From: an uncultured virus (IMG/VR IMGVR_UViG_2061766007_000800)
Taxonomy: Duplodnaviria > Heunggongvirae > Uroviricota > Caudoviricetes
IMG/VR virus record: IMGVR_UViG_2061766007_000800
Length of the DNA stretch: 64,000 bases
Reading direction: 5' to 3' (one strand)
A program made the translations under genes and the position numbers. The notes beneath the pieces are model-generated. The model did not search any database, had not been told where the DNA came from, and was given only the letters and a program-made list of their open reading frames with translations. Each line of letters opens with the position of its first letter. Position 1 is the stretch's first letter. Positions 39,138-47,913 of this stretch are shown piece by piece.

Positions 39138-39252
39138 TTGTACAAAATGCACTAAAACGGATCTCAACCCTTGTACAATTTGCACAAATCGAAAAAAATT
39201 AAAAAAAAATTTGAAAAAAACACTTGCAATTTATTTTCCAATTTGTTAATCT
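39138..39252 (+). promoter_or_regulatory. First early promoter with two TTGT[A/G]CA-N3-TGCAC[A/T]A boxes 16 bp apart and an A-tract
   Basis: Boxes 39138-39154 and 39171-39187; TTGCAA-17-TAATCT with extended TG. Confidence 0.55.
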
Positions 39253-39323
39253 ATTCTTGCAAGGAACAAAAACAGACTTGCAAGGAAAACAAAACAAGAG
39301 AAAAAAGAAAAGAGGAAAAAGTT

Positions 39324-39587
39324 ATGATGAGAGAAAAAAAATTACAGTTTATGATTTTTAACAAAAAAGGCAATTTAGTAAATAAAGGTACTTGTAAAAC
39401 AGTAAATGAATTTACAGATTATGAAGTCGTTAAAAAGATAAAGATTAAAAACAAAAGTTATGAGATAGTCGAAAGATATTTCAATAATGAGTTGTTCTGT
39501 AAAGATTATTCATTAGTAAATTATGATACAGATGATGTTATCGTTAAATTATGGTACGCACATAATAAGAACGGCTTTTATAGATAA
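39324..39587 (+). CDS. Hypothetical early protein
   Basis: Start moved to the ATG after the AGAGG RBS. Confidence 0.65.
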   Translation: MMREKKLQFMIFNKKGNLVNKGTCKTVNEFTDYEVVKKIKIKNKSYEIVERYFNNELFCKDYSLVNYDTDDVIVKLWYAHNKNGFYR

Positions 39588-39661
39588 AATAAGGTATCAG
39601 GCGAACGGCTATAAAAAGCCGTTCGTCATAACAAGAGAACAAAAGAAAAGAGGATAAAGTT

Positions 39662-39988
39662 ATGAATATGTTAACAGTTTTATATAATATGAATACTAAT
39701 AAGAAAATAAAAATGGATAAGGCAACAATAAAAGATTTATATATAGGACGCAAATATGGTTGTGAGTGTCAGAAGTGCCATAAAGAAGTACACGGTAAAG
39801 ACGCGTTTATGCACCACTTGTCAAGCCGAACAAAAAAAGGCAATATGGCTAATCTTTGGGGTACTAAGGCAGGCGAAAAAGAAGTTAAAAAGACTATTCT
39901 CTTATGTGATGACTGTCATAAGGCGCTTCATAACAAGTACGGCAAAAAGGTAACTATCAAACAGAGTAAAGAGTTTATATACGGATAA
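39662..39988 (+). CDS. HNH-like zinc-binding endonuclease
   Basis: CQKC...HH...LCDDCHKALH. Confidence 0.6.
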   Translation: MNMLTVLYNMNTNKKIKMDKATIKDLYIGRKYGCECQKCHKEVHGKDAFMHHLSSRTKKGNMANLWGTKAGEKEVKKTILLCDDCHKALHNKYGKKVTIKQSKEFIYG

Positions 39989-40004
39989 TAAGGGGGTTAA
40001 CAGT

Positions 40005-40184
40005 ATGAAGTACACATTATCAATATACAGTTTATCAAACGAAAGTTATTGTGATTTAACTATATATGGCACAGACTGTGCCATAGACACAGCAATAGAC
40101 CTTGCAAAGTCTTTATTCGGTATGGCTTATGTAGAGTTATATGATGATAAAGGACAATTACAGTATACAAGCAAAGAGGCTTAA
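40005..40184 (+). CDS. 59-aa hypothetical protein (not in ORF track)
   Basis: Hand-translated MKYTLSIYSL...SKEA; AAGGGGG RBS. Confidence 0.6.
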   Translation: MKYTLSIYSLSNESYCDLTIYGTDCAIDTAIDLAKSLFGMAYVELYDDKGQLQYTSKEA

Positions 40185-40239
40185 AACCTCTTTGCATAGG
40201 ATATAAACAAGAGAACATATAAAAGAGAGGTAAAAAGAA

Positions 40240-40572
40240 ATGGCATTAGAAGTTAGATTTTATAATAATAAGAATGAAAATATGGAAGTTTTTGGTTTAA
40301 GTATATGGGAAGTAAAAGAGGACTTCTTAAACAGCGTTATAGACTTTATCGGTAAATGCGCTATGAGTATGGGTGCTGTTGATGTGTCAATAGACAATAC
40401 ATTATATGAAATGAATTATGATGTAGAAAGTGATGAAATCATATTAGAACAATATTATATATATGATGATATTGATGATTTAGAACAAGGATATGAAAGT
40501 AATTGTTTTTGTGATAATACAGGTTTTTGCGGCGGTTGGTCTTGTCCGCAGTATAAGGCTTGCCACGCGTAG
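40240..40572 (+). CDS. Acidic protein with C-terminal Cys cluster
   Basis: 110 aa; CFCDNTGFCGGWSCPQYKAC. Confidence 0.65.
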   Translation: MALEVRFYNNKNENMEVFGLSIWEVKEDFLNSVIDFIGKCAMSMGAVDVSIDNTLYEMNYDVESDEIILEQYYIYDDIDDLEQGYESNCFCDNTGFCGGWSCPQYKACHA

Positions 40573-40638
40573 AAAGGGGGCATATATGAAATATAGTATA
40601 TATGATGGATGGGCTTTATAGTCCATCTTTTTTATTTG

Positions 40639-40758
40639 GCGCAGCGCTGGCACGCGCCAGAGCTGCGTTTTGTCGGCACGATCGGCAGATTGCACAATTT
40701 TTTAGTTGAAAATTTGTACATTTTGTCTATTGCATAATTCCTATAAGGATGGTATACT
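40639..40758 (+). repeat. Cassette-boundary element, copy 1
   Basis: GC palindrome 40639-40668; TGCACAA 40691-N16-TTGTACA; TTGCAT-17-TATACT. Confidence 0.85.
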
Positions 40759-40764
40759 ATGTAC

Positions 40765-40985
40765 ATAAGATGAGTTAAGGAGTAGCGACCGAGCCTATCG
40801 GGTGGGCGGTGTACGGTTCTCAGAGCAGATCTACCGCATAATGAACAGAGTACCCTCTAAATCGGTGGTGCCACTATGGGGCAGTTTCGCCTAAAAGATA
40901 CCATAGGGTTCGAATTACAGTTTTCCCTACCAAGAAAGTGGAAAGACGATTTCGATGTTGGGCTATCGAGCAGGGTCGGGCATAA
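40765..40985 (+). ncRNA. Candidate structured non-coding RNA (~200 nt), family not recognised
   Basis: Own promoter, no RBS-led ORF, raised GC, seven nested helices. Confidence 0.55.
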
Positions 40986-41014
40986 TTGAATATTTTGTAT
41001 TTTTTATTGCACGG

Positions 41015-41133
41015 CTCAGCGCCAGCGAGCGCCGGCGCTGAGTTTTTAGCATCAGATCAGCAATTTGCACAAAAATTCCCTCGAAAATTTGTATAATCTG
41101 TACATTGTATTTGTCCCGTAATTTTAGTATAAT
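41015..41133 (+). repeat. Cassette-boundary element, copy 2
   Basis: Palindrome 41015-41042; TGCACAA 41066; TTGTAT-17-TATAAT. Confidence 0.85.
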
Positions 41134-41168
41134 GTATTTACAAGGTAAGGGAAAGCGAGGTACTTAAA

Positions 41169-41339
41169 ATGAGAGATTTTGATACAGTTAACGAGATTAT
41201 GAGCAACCTTGATGATTCAACTTATAAGTTGACACAGGAAGCAGCTGACCGTTTTTATTCCATAGGGGATAAGTCCCTTTTGAAACTTGCTTCCAAGCAG
41301 TCAGGTTTAACCCCTGAAGAAATTTTGATGATGTGGTAG
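41169..41339 (+). CDS. 56-aa hypothetical protein (not in ORF track)
   Basis: Hand-translated MRDFDTVNEI...ILMMW; GAGGT RBS. Confidence 0.65.
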   Translation: MRDFDTVNEIMSNLDDSTYKLTQEAADRFYSIGDKSLLKLASKQSGLTPEEILMMW

Positions 41340-41354
41340 AAAGGTGGTATAGTT

Positions 41355-41540
41355 ATGAAAACATTATGTTATTATTTAGATAGAAGTCCCGAAGTTGATA
41401 AGATTATTACATGGATAGCCGAATGCCTTCCTTGCTGGATTAGCATAGAGTCCGTAGAAATGGATATGCGTGAGGTTACATTTAGAGTTAGACAAGAAGA
41501 CGCTTCAGCCGTACAGACGGCGCTTGCGCCTTACTTATAA
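41355..41540 (+). CDS. Hypothetical protein
   Basis: 61 aa, AGGTGG RBS, terminator at ~41567-41590. Confidence 0.65.
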   Translation: MKTLCYYLDRSPEVDKIITWIAECLPCWISIESVEMDMREVTFRVRQEDASAVQTALAPYL

Positions 41541-41597
41541 AATCCTTTCTTAAACCCTTGTTTTGAGCCTGTGAGAAATCACAGGCTTTTCCTTTGA

Positions 41598-41718
41598 GCG
41601 CCGCGCCAACATGTGTCTGCGCGGCGTTTTTTCAGAGTCAATAGCAATCTTGCACAAAAATTAGGCGGAAAATTTGTATACTTTGCCTATTGTACTATTC
41701 CCGTAACTTTAGTATACT
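41598..41718 (+). repeat. Cassette-boundary element, copy 3
   Basis: Palindrome 41598-41627; TGCACAA 41651; TTGTAC-17-TATACT. Confidence 0.85.
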
Positions 41719-41760
41719 ATTAGTGTAAGATAAATCAAGAGATTAAGTGAGGTATTCAGT

Positions 41761-42102
41761 ATGGAAAAGATTTTAGTTGGTAACAGATGTCCTATGTGTC
41801 AGAAAATGCATAAGGTGGCGGTAAATAAAAGGGATTATGATGATTGGCAAGGTGGAATGTCGCTTCTGAGAGCATTTCCCTATTTAAATACTTATCAGCG
41901 AGAAATTATTCAGACAGGTACGTGCCAGTCTTGTTGGGATAATTTGTTTGGTGGTCCTGATGAAGAGGACCTTGCTTGTGATGGCGATTTTATCCTTGAA
42001 GATGATATTATCCTTGAAGATGATGAGGATTTTATCCTCATTAGTGGAGATATGACTGACGAAGATTTCGCAGCCGTAATAGATTACATTTTCGGCAAAT
42101 AA
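41761..42102 (+). CDS. Zn-binding protein with acidic tail
   Basis: CPMC...CQSC; D/E-rich C-terminus. Confidence 0.65.
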   Translation: MEKILVGNRCPMCQKMHKVAVNKRDYDDWQGGMSLLRAFPYLNTYQREIIQTGTCQSCWDNLFGGPDEEDLACDGDFILEDDIILEDDEDFILISGDMTDEDFAAVIDYIFGK

Positions 42103-42124
42103 TTTTTAGTCCTCCTTTCAAAGA

Positions 42125-42259
42125 GCGCCGTCAGAAATGGCGGCGCGCAAACTCTTGTCAGCGCGCCGCAAAAATTTTGTCAATAGACAACTTGCACAAA
42201 TTTGAGAACGAAAATTTGGTTATTTTGTACATTGTATTTCGCCCAAAAGAGAGTATAAT
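42125..42259 (+). repeat. Cassette-boundary element, copy 4 (three-arm)
   Basis: Arms 42125-33, 42138-48, 42161-69; TGCACAA 42193; TATAAT 42254. Confidence 0.85.
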
Positions 42260-42295
42260 AATAAATGTAAGGTAAAGGAAACGAGGTACTAAAAA

Positions 42296-42433
42296 ATGAA
42301 AATGTGGTACATTAACCCTATGGAAACAGAATACCAAAGGGCAAGAAGAAAACAGAAAGAGGCTATCACAAAAGCCAACTTCGAGAAAAAAATCGGTTAT
42401 GTAAGAAAAGAGGTAAAAAAAGATGCAGAATAA
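42296..42433 (+). CDS. 45-aa basic protein (not in ORF track)
   Basis: MKMWYINPME...; GAGGT RBS directly after cassette promoter. Confidence 0.55.
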   Translation: MKMWYINPMETEYQRARRKQKEAITKANFEKKIGYVRKEVKKDAE

Positions 42434-42584
42434 CAATTTTACTATTATTAAAGAAGAAAAGAGATTAGGCGCATACCCTACAAGAAATGCTATTGTTAAG
42501 GGACAGACCTATACAGAAATGATTTTTGCAGATATGCTCAAAAATCAGGCTCGTAAAGAAATCGCGGAAGTACTTAAAAAATAA
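42423..42584 (+). CDS. 53-aa hypothetical protein (not in ORF track)
   Basis: MQNNNFTIIK...; GAGGT RBS. Confidence 0.55.
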   Translation: MQNNNFTIIKEEKRLGAYPTRNAIVKGQTYTEMIFADMLKNQARKEIAEVLKK

Positions 42585-42667
42585 GTACTTCCAAAGAAAA
42601 AAATAGTTGACAGGGTAACAATTTAATGTTATAATAAATGTATCAAATAAAGAAAGAGGTAAAAAAT

Positions 42668-42973
42668 ATGAGAGATTACACACTTATGACAAAAAAAGAA
42701 GAAAAGATGTATGACAAGGTAGTTGATGAATATGCAATCGCTACAAGTGACGAGGTTGCTATGGTAAGGGCTATGGCTTCAGGTTCTTGGGAAGATATTC
42801 TTAACGGTATCGTAGAGTATCAGACAGGTTACTCAACTCTCGAAGATTATGAGAGAGAAGAAATGGGCATTGAGGAAGAGGTTGAAATGCCCCCTTGTGT
42901 TCTCATCTTTGACCTTGACGAAATCGACGAGGTGCAGGACTTCCTCGACGAGTTAAAGGATAAGTATTGCTAA
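42668..42973 (+). CDS. Acidic hypothetical protein
   Basis: Start moved to RBS-led ATG; promoter TTGACA 42607/TATAAT 42630; terminator 42981-43010. Confidence 0.7.
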   Translation: MRDYTLMTKKEEKMYDKVVDEYAIATSDEVAMVRAMASGSWEDILNGIVEYQTGYSTLEDYEREEMGIEEEVEMPPCVLIFDLDEIDEVQDFLDELKDKYC

Positions 42974-43015
42974 TCTTACAAGCACCCTCAAATTTGAGGG
43001 TGCTTTTTTTTATGG

Positions 43016-43135
43016 CGACGCGCCAACATGTGTCAGCGCGTCGAATTTTTTGTGTCAAGGGGTATTTTGCACAAATTTGAGAGCGAATTTTTGGTTAATC
43101 TGCCTATTGTGTTAATCCTACAACAAGCGTATAAT
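43016..43135 (+). repeat. Cassette-boundary element, copy 5
   Basis: cgacgcgc-N12-gcgcgtcg; TGCACAA 43068; TTGTGT-17-TATAAT. Confidence 0.85.
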
Positions 43136-43141
43136 TAGTAT

Positions 43142-43285
43142 TGTCAGATGAGGTAAGAGATAAGCCAAATCTCAAACCCTTCCCAACTTGCCCCATGCGT
43201 ACTGTACAGGTAAATCGCGCAAGGAAGTAGAAAATAGGTGAATCTCTTTGGCAAGAGTGCGAAATCGAAATTAACAAGTTGGGTG
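43142..43285 (+). ncRNA. Candidate small structured RNA or leader
   Basis: Promoter-driven ORF-less segment closed by a perfect 9-bp helix cccaacttg/caagttggg. Confidence 0.4.
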
Positions 43286-43348
43286 TTGACAAATAAAAAA
43301 TTTAATGTTATAATAAGTTATAATCAAAAGTAAAGAGAGGTAATAAGT

Positions 43349-43627
43349 ATGGAAAAATTAGTTTATGTTACAGTTGACGGTACAAAGGAAACAGATTACG
43401 ACAAGGTAAAGGGTACAGAGTACGAAACCACTCTTGAACCTGTGGTAAAGGTTGAAACCGAAGAAGAGAAGCAGGCAAGACTTGACCGAATCGCTCGTAG
43501 ACAGGCTTACATCAAGAAAGCCTATGATGAGTACAAGCGTCTTGAGGAAGAGCGCCTTACAAATAGGACTATCGCGGTAGAACTTGAAACTGCCGAAGAG
43601 CCTGTAATCGCTGTAACACTTGAGTAG
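43349..43627 (+). CDS. Hypothetical coiled-coil protein
   Basis: 92 aa; promoter TTGACA 43286-17-TATAAT. Confidence 0.7.
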   Translation: MEKLVYVTVDGTKETDYDKVKGTEYETTLEPVVKVETEEEKQARLDRIARRQAYIKKAYDEYKRLEEERLTNRTIAVELETAEEPVIAVTLE

Positions 43628-43632
43628 TTAGC

Positions 43633-43781
43633 AACGCGCCGTTTGACTTGAATTAGTTGGGCGGCGCGTTTACTTTCGCACACGCGCCGCAAATTCAGAG
43701 TCAATAGGTAATTTCAACAATTTTCACTCCGAAATTTTGGCTATTTTGCCCTATTGCATTTTCCTATAATGAGAGTATAAT
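43633..43781 (+). repeat. Cassette-boundary element, copy 6 (three-arm)
   Basis: Arms 43633-48, 43655-70, 43682-90; degenerate dyad; TTGCAT...TATAAT. Confidence 0.8.
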
Positions 43782-43813
43782 AATAAATGTAAGATACAGA
43801 GAGGTATAAAACA

Positions 43814-43960
43814 ATGGTTGAAAAAAACAAGAAAAAAGAAGAAAACAAAAAACATCGCGCACCATTTTATCAATGGAACTTGGGTACTCGCGATATGAAA
43901 TCAAATAAGTATCCGTCAAGACAAAAAAGAAAAGCAGATTTTAGAAAGGAGTGTGAATAG
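43814..43960 (+). CDS. 48-aa very basic protein (not in ORF track)
   Basis: MVEKNKKKEE...TRDMKSNKYPSRQKRK...; GAGGT RBS. Confidence 0.6.
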   Translation: MVEKNKKKEENKKHRAPFYQWNLGTRDMKSNKYPSRQKRKADFRKECE

Positions 43961-44408
43961 TATGCGCACACAGTTAAAAGAAAATATTAAGAAAATAACA
44001 GAAAAGATTAATTGTCGTGAGGATTGTGACAAATGTCCTCTTTACAACCTTCCATTTCCTTGTGGTGGACCTTGTACTGATGATGATGTCGAGTCAAGTG
44101 TTACAAAAATATATTCAGGTTGTAAAGACTTTATTAAAATGGTTGAGAACTACAAAGAGCCTGTACTTGACGAAGTTGAGAAAAAGTATCTTACAAATAT
44201 CTTAAGACCTTTTGTTAAAAATTATGATATTACAATAACAAAAGAAACAGATAATTATTTAGAAAAAGAGTATCTTATTATCAAATTTCATGTTGGTACT
44301 GTATGCACTGATGCAATCGAACTTCCTTATTTTAAGCCAAATACAATGTATAAAGGTATGACAAGCCATCGAGTTTATACTCTTAAAAACCTCGGTCTAA
44401 AGTTTTAA
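43953..44408 (+). CDS. Hypothetical protein with Cys-rich N-terminus
   Basis: 151 aa; CxxxCxxCPL; start may be 43962. Confidence 0.7.
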   Translation: MNSMRTQLKENIKKITEKINCREDCDKCPLYNLPFPCGGPCTDDDVESSVTKIYSGCKDFIKMVENYKEPVLDEVEKKYLTNILRPFVKNYDITITKETDNYLEKEYLIIKFHVGTVCTDAIELPYFKPNTMYKGMTSHRVYTLKNLGLKF

Positions 44409-44421
44409 GCCTCTCTTAACT

Positions 44422-44560
44422 CGCGCCGTTCATTAAATTGGACGGCGCGCAAACTTTCGATGCGCGCCGTTTTTTGCCTGTCAATAGGTAACTTGCACAA
44501 AAATTCAACCAAAACTTTGTGCATTTTGCCGATTGCATTACTCCCAAAAAAGAGTATAAT
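44422..44560 (+). repeat. Cassette-boundary element, copy 7 (three-arm, perfect dyad)
   Basis: TGCACAA 44494-N16-TTGTGCA 44517; TTGCAT...TATAAT. Confidence 0.85.
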
Positions 44561-44597
44561 TACTTATGTAAGGTAAACAAAAGAGAGGTACAAAGAA

Positions 44598-45053
44598 ATG
44601 GACAAAATGTTAGTATTTGACATGGACGGAACAATAGCAGACCTTTACAATGTGGAAAATTGGCTTGAAATGTTGAGGGCAAATAACCCTACACCCTATA
44701 TTGTAGCAAGACCTATTTATGACACATTTAGCCTTAATAATATTCTTGAATTATTAAAGGCACAGGGTTGGAAAATTGCCGTTGTTACTTGGGTATCACA
44801 AAATTGTGATGACGACTTCAAACAGGCAATAAGACTTGCAAAAACAGATTGGCTTAATCGTTACAACTTCCCTTATGACGAGTTACACATAGTAAAATAT
44901 GGTACAACAAAAGCAAATTGCGTTCGCAAGTTCATAGGGCGCAAGGTGTTGGTTGACGATAACGAGAAAGTTCGTCAGGGTTGGAATGGCGAAACGATAA
45001 ATGCCAATGAAAACATTTTAGAACAGTTAGTAAATTTATTGGTTGAGGATTAA
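44598..45053 (+). CDS. HAD-superfamily phosphatase (nucleotidase/PNKP-phosphatase-like)
   Basis: FDMDGT motif I, VVT motif II, K, LVDD motif IV. Confidence 0.85.
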   Translation: MDKMLVFDMDGTIADLYNVENWLEMLRANNPTPYIVARPIYDTFSLNNILELLKAQGWKIAVVTWVSQNCDDDFKQAIRLAKTDWLNRYNFPYDELHIVKYGTTKANCVRKFIGRKVLVDDNEKVRQGWNGETINANENILEQLVNLLVED

Positions 45054-45088
45054 TTCCTCAACCATAGGAAAGAAAAAGAGGTAAAAAA

Positions 45089-45577
45089 ATGAAAAAAACA
45101 AAGAAAATTGCTTTATTAGGTATGGGTATTGCTTTATATGTAGTTTTAGGCGCTATGGTTAAAATTCCACTTATCGCACACATTCAGACAGATTTGGGTT
45201 ATATTGCTTTTGGCTTTATGCTGTTTTATCTTGGTTGGCAGGCAACTATTATAGGTGTTGCAGGTTGTTTACTTGAAAGCCTTTTGTTTAGTGGCTGGGT
45301 TCCAATGGGTTGGATGTTAGGTCAGGCTTTTATCGGTATTTCTTGCGGAATTGCTTATAAGAAGATTAAGCCAATTTGGATAAACATTATTTTAACAATT
45401 TTAGCCGTATTTATTGGTATCGGTTTAATTAAAACAGGTGTTGAATGTAAACTCTATGACATACCTCTTTTAATTAAGTTACCAAAAAATGTAATTGCTT
45501 TTGTAGCAGATAGTATCCCTATGATTTTAGGCTATGTTTTAGCAAAAACAACTAAAATCAAGGCATTAACCGAATAA
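45089..45577 (+). CDS. ECF transporter S-component
   Basis: 162 aa, ~5-6 TM; MKKTKKIALLGMGIAL...IP...DLGY pattern typical of S-components. Confidence 0.75.
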   Translation: MKKTKKIALLGMGIALYVVLGAMVKIPLIAHIQTDLGYIAFGFMLFYLGWQATIIGVAGCLLESLLFSGWVPMGWMLGQAFIGISCGIAYKKIKPIWINIILTILAVFIGIGLIKTGVECKLYDIPLLIKLPKNVIAFVADSIPMILGYVLAKTTKIKALTE

Positions 45578-45590
45578 ACCTCCCCTTACA

Positions 45591-45770
45591 CAACGCGCCA
45601 CCGAGTTAATTGCTTGGTGGCGCGTTGGCGTTCGCCAATGCGCCAAATTTTCTATTATAACACATACTCTGGCAATTTGTCAAGCAAAAAATTAGTTAAA
45701 AATGCACAAAATTTTTGCCTAAAATTTGTGCGTTCTGCCTATTGCGTTCCCCTACCTACAAGAGTATAAT
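45591..45770 (+). repeat. Cassette-boundary element, copy 8 (three-arm, with antisense promoter)
   Basis: Palindromes 45591-45645; minus-strand TTGACA-18-TATAAT 45683-45654; TGCACAA 45703; TATAAT 45765. Confidence 0.85.
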
Positions 45771-45818
45771 TACTTATGTAAGGTAAACAAAGAAATACAA
45801 AAAAGAGAGGTATTCAAA

Positions 45819-47102
45819 ATGGCTTTAACTTATTCAGAAAAAAGAGAACTTGACAAAACAATGGTTACTATTTTAACTAACTTATTAAAAGAAGTTTTTG
45901 TTTCGGCTGAAACAATGTCTTATGACATTTCTTTCGATACTATTACAAATCAACTTCCTACCTATACTTTACGCAATATTTATGCGTGCCTTGATAGAAT
46001 AGATTATAGGTGTATTTCTTATGAGATAGAAAATGAAGAAGAATTACAGAATATTGATTTTCGGGTTCACCATACAACAGGTAAAAACAAGAAAATAACT
46101 TTAGCAAAATATGTAAGACTTGCAGATAATAGTAAAATTAAAAAGGATAAAAACCTTTTATACTTTGAGTGTTTCCCTAATTTAACTTATGATTTTAATA
46201 CCAAGTCTTTTAATATAGATATAAACTCTTTTCCTAATGTTTATTATGTATTTAATTGCGACTGTACTGAAATGAAGATGTTACTTCAGTATGAGTGGTT
46301 ATTCAATTATGTAACCGATTTTAAGGATATATCTTCTTTTAAGTATGTTAATAGAGATAGATACGATTTAACTAAAATGCCTAATGGCTATTTCAATTAT
46401 ATGAAAGAAAAGGGATTATCGCCTGAAACTTTCACAGAATATTGTGACTATCTTATTTATGGTAAAGGTTATAAATTTGTAAATAGATATATGCGTGGTT
46501 TTAGAGAACCCTCTAAATTATATAATGTATGTCCTATTGATACTATATCTAAAATAACTAAAAATGCCTTATTAAATGGAAGTGATATGGGTAGTTACAC
46601 TATTACCGATTTATATCAGTTAATAGCAGGGTGCTTCAAAGCAGGCTATTCAGAAGAAAGAATTAAAGGGGTTATTGATGATAATAGGGATTTTGAACAT
46701 AATAAAACCAATTTACAGAACCTTATTGATGAAGAAAAGAATAAGGCTTTGGCTACACAACTTCAAAAGTTAAATTTCTTAAACAATATGGAATTTGGCG
46801 ATTATATCGTTGTTGTTCCTCAAACTCAAGCAGAAAAGCAAGATGAGGGTAAACAACAGCACAATTGCGTAGGCTATTATTATGATAATAGTATCTTAAA
46901 AGGTAATGACTTTATCTACTTTTTAAGAAAAAAGAATAATCCTAAAAAATCTTATATCACTTGCCGATATAATACAAGCCGTAAGATAACGGCTGAATTT
47001 AGAAAAGTTAATAATGAAGATGTTGATAACAATTTTGAAGAAAATCTTATCAAAACAACTATCACTAAAATTATTAACGAAAATTATGCTAAACTTCTAT
47101 AA
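45819..47102 (+). CDS. PcfJ-like domain protein
   Basis: C-terminal VVP...EGKQQHNCVGYY...IYFLRK; start moved to RBS-led ATG. Confidence 0.7.
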   Translation: MALTYSEKRELDKTMVTILTNLLKEVFVSAETMSYDISFDTITNQLPTYTLRNIYACLDRIDYRCISYEIENEEELQNIDFRVHHTTGKNKKITLAKYVRLADNSKIKKDKNLLYFECFPNLTYDFNTKSFNIDINSFPNVYYVFNCDCTEMKMLLQYEWLFNYVTDFKDISSFKYVNRDRYDLTKMPNGYFNYMKEKGLSPETFTEYCDYLIYGKGYKFVNRYMRGFREPSKLYNVCPIDTISKITKNALLNGSDMGSYTITDLYQLIAGCFKAGYSEERIKGVIDDNRDFEHNKTNLQNLIDEEKNKALATQLQKLNFLNNMEFGDYIVVVPQTQAEKQDEGKQQHNCVGYYYDNSILKGNDFIYFLRKKNNPKKSYITCRYNTSRKITAEFRKVNNEDVDNNFEENLIKTTITKIINENYAKLL

Positions 47103-47104
47103 TT

Positions 47105-47130
47105 AAGAGAGGGGAAACCCTCTCTTTTTT
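47105..47130 (+). terminator. Intrinsic terminator
   Basis: aagagaggg-gaaa-ccctctctt plus T-run. Confidence 0.8.
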
Positions 47131-47136
47131 GTATGG

Positions 47137-47290
47137 TGGCGCGTCGACGCATGTCGCCGCGCCAAATTTCCCATTATAACACATGTCGCACCAATTTGTC
47201 AAGTGAAAAATCACTAAAAAATGCACAAATTTCTATCCCAAATCTTGTTAAGTTTGCCGACTTGTATTTTCTAAAAAATAAGAGTATAAT
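47137..47290 (+). repeat. Cassette-boundary element, copy 9 (with antisense promoter)
   Basis: Palindrome 47137-47164; minus-strand promoter 47202-47173; TGCACAA 47222; TTGTAT-17-TATAAT. Confidence 0.85.
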
Positions 47291-47498
47291 TACTTATGTA
47301 AGATAAATAAAGAAAGCGACTTACAAGAGAGTGAGGAAAACTCCTATGATGTGACCGCGCGGACATTAAGAGCAAACCCATTTCAGTCAATTTCAAAAAA
47401 AAGTAAAAAACCTATTGACAATTAAATAAAGAAATGATATAATAAATATATCAAATGAAACAAAAACAAAATTTTAGAACAAAAGGAGATGTTAAGTT

Positions 47499-47867
47499 AT
47501 GGCAACAACAAAGAACGAACTCACACAGATTAAGGCACTTGAAATCGTAGTAGAAGAAGGTAAGGCTGAAGGCTCAACAAGACCTGCTGATGTTCAGGCT
47601 AAGTTGGAAGAGGTACTCTCCGCTCTTATTAAGAAGAAGGAGAATAGAAAGCCTAAGGCACAGAGTGAAGAGGATAAGGCTTATACAGACCTTATCGTTG
47701 AAACTCTCAAGGCTTCTGATAAGGGCTTGACTATTGGCGAGATTATCGCTGGCACCGATTTTGGTGTAACTCTTTCGTCAAGCAAGGTAACCGCCCTTGT
47801 TAAGAAGATTGACGGGGTTACCGTTACCGTAGACAAGAGAAAGAATTATTACTCTCTTGCTGAATAA
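47499..47867 (+). CDS. Small winged-helix-like DNA-binding protein, paralog A1
   Basis: LTIGEIIA...SSSKVTALVKK...YYSLA; N-terminus matches 51912 gene. Confidence 0.7.
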   Translation: MATTKNELTQIKALEIVVEEGKAEGSTRPADVQAKLEEVLSALIKKKENRKPKAQSEEDKAYTDLIVETLKASDKGLTIGEIIAGTDFGVTLSSSKVTALVKKIDGVTVTVDKRKNYYSLAE

Positions 47868-47913
47868 TTAAGGCGGTGGGGGTTAAGTCCCCCACCAAAA
47901 CAAGAGGTAGCCT

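Noticed and set aside
40860..40930. tRNA or tmRNA at GGTTCGAAT
   Set aside because: No cloverleaf, T-stem, acceptor stem or CCA end can be built.
43144..43270. Hammerhead ribozyme
   Set aside because: Core reads CAGATGA rather than CTGANGA, and the same TGTCAGATGAGG occurs at the copy 13 start site, so it is promoter-proximal sequence.
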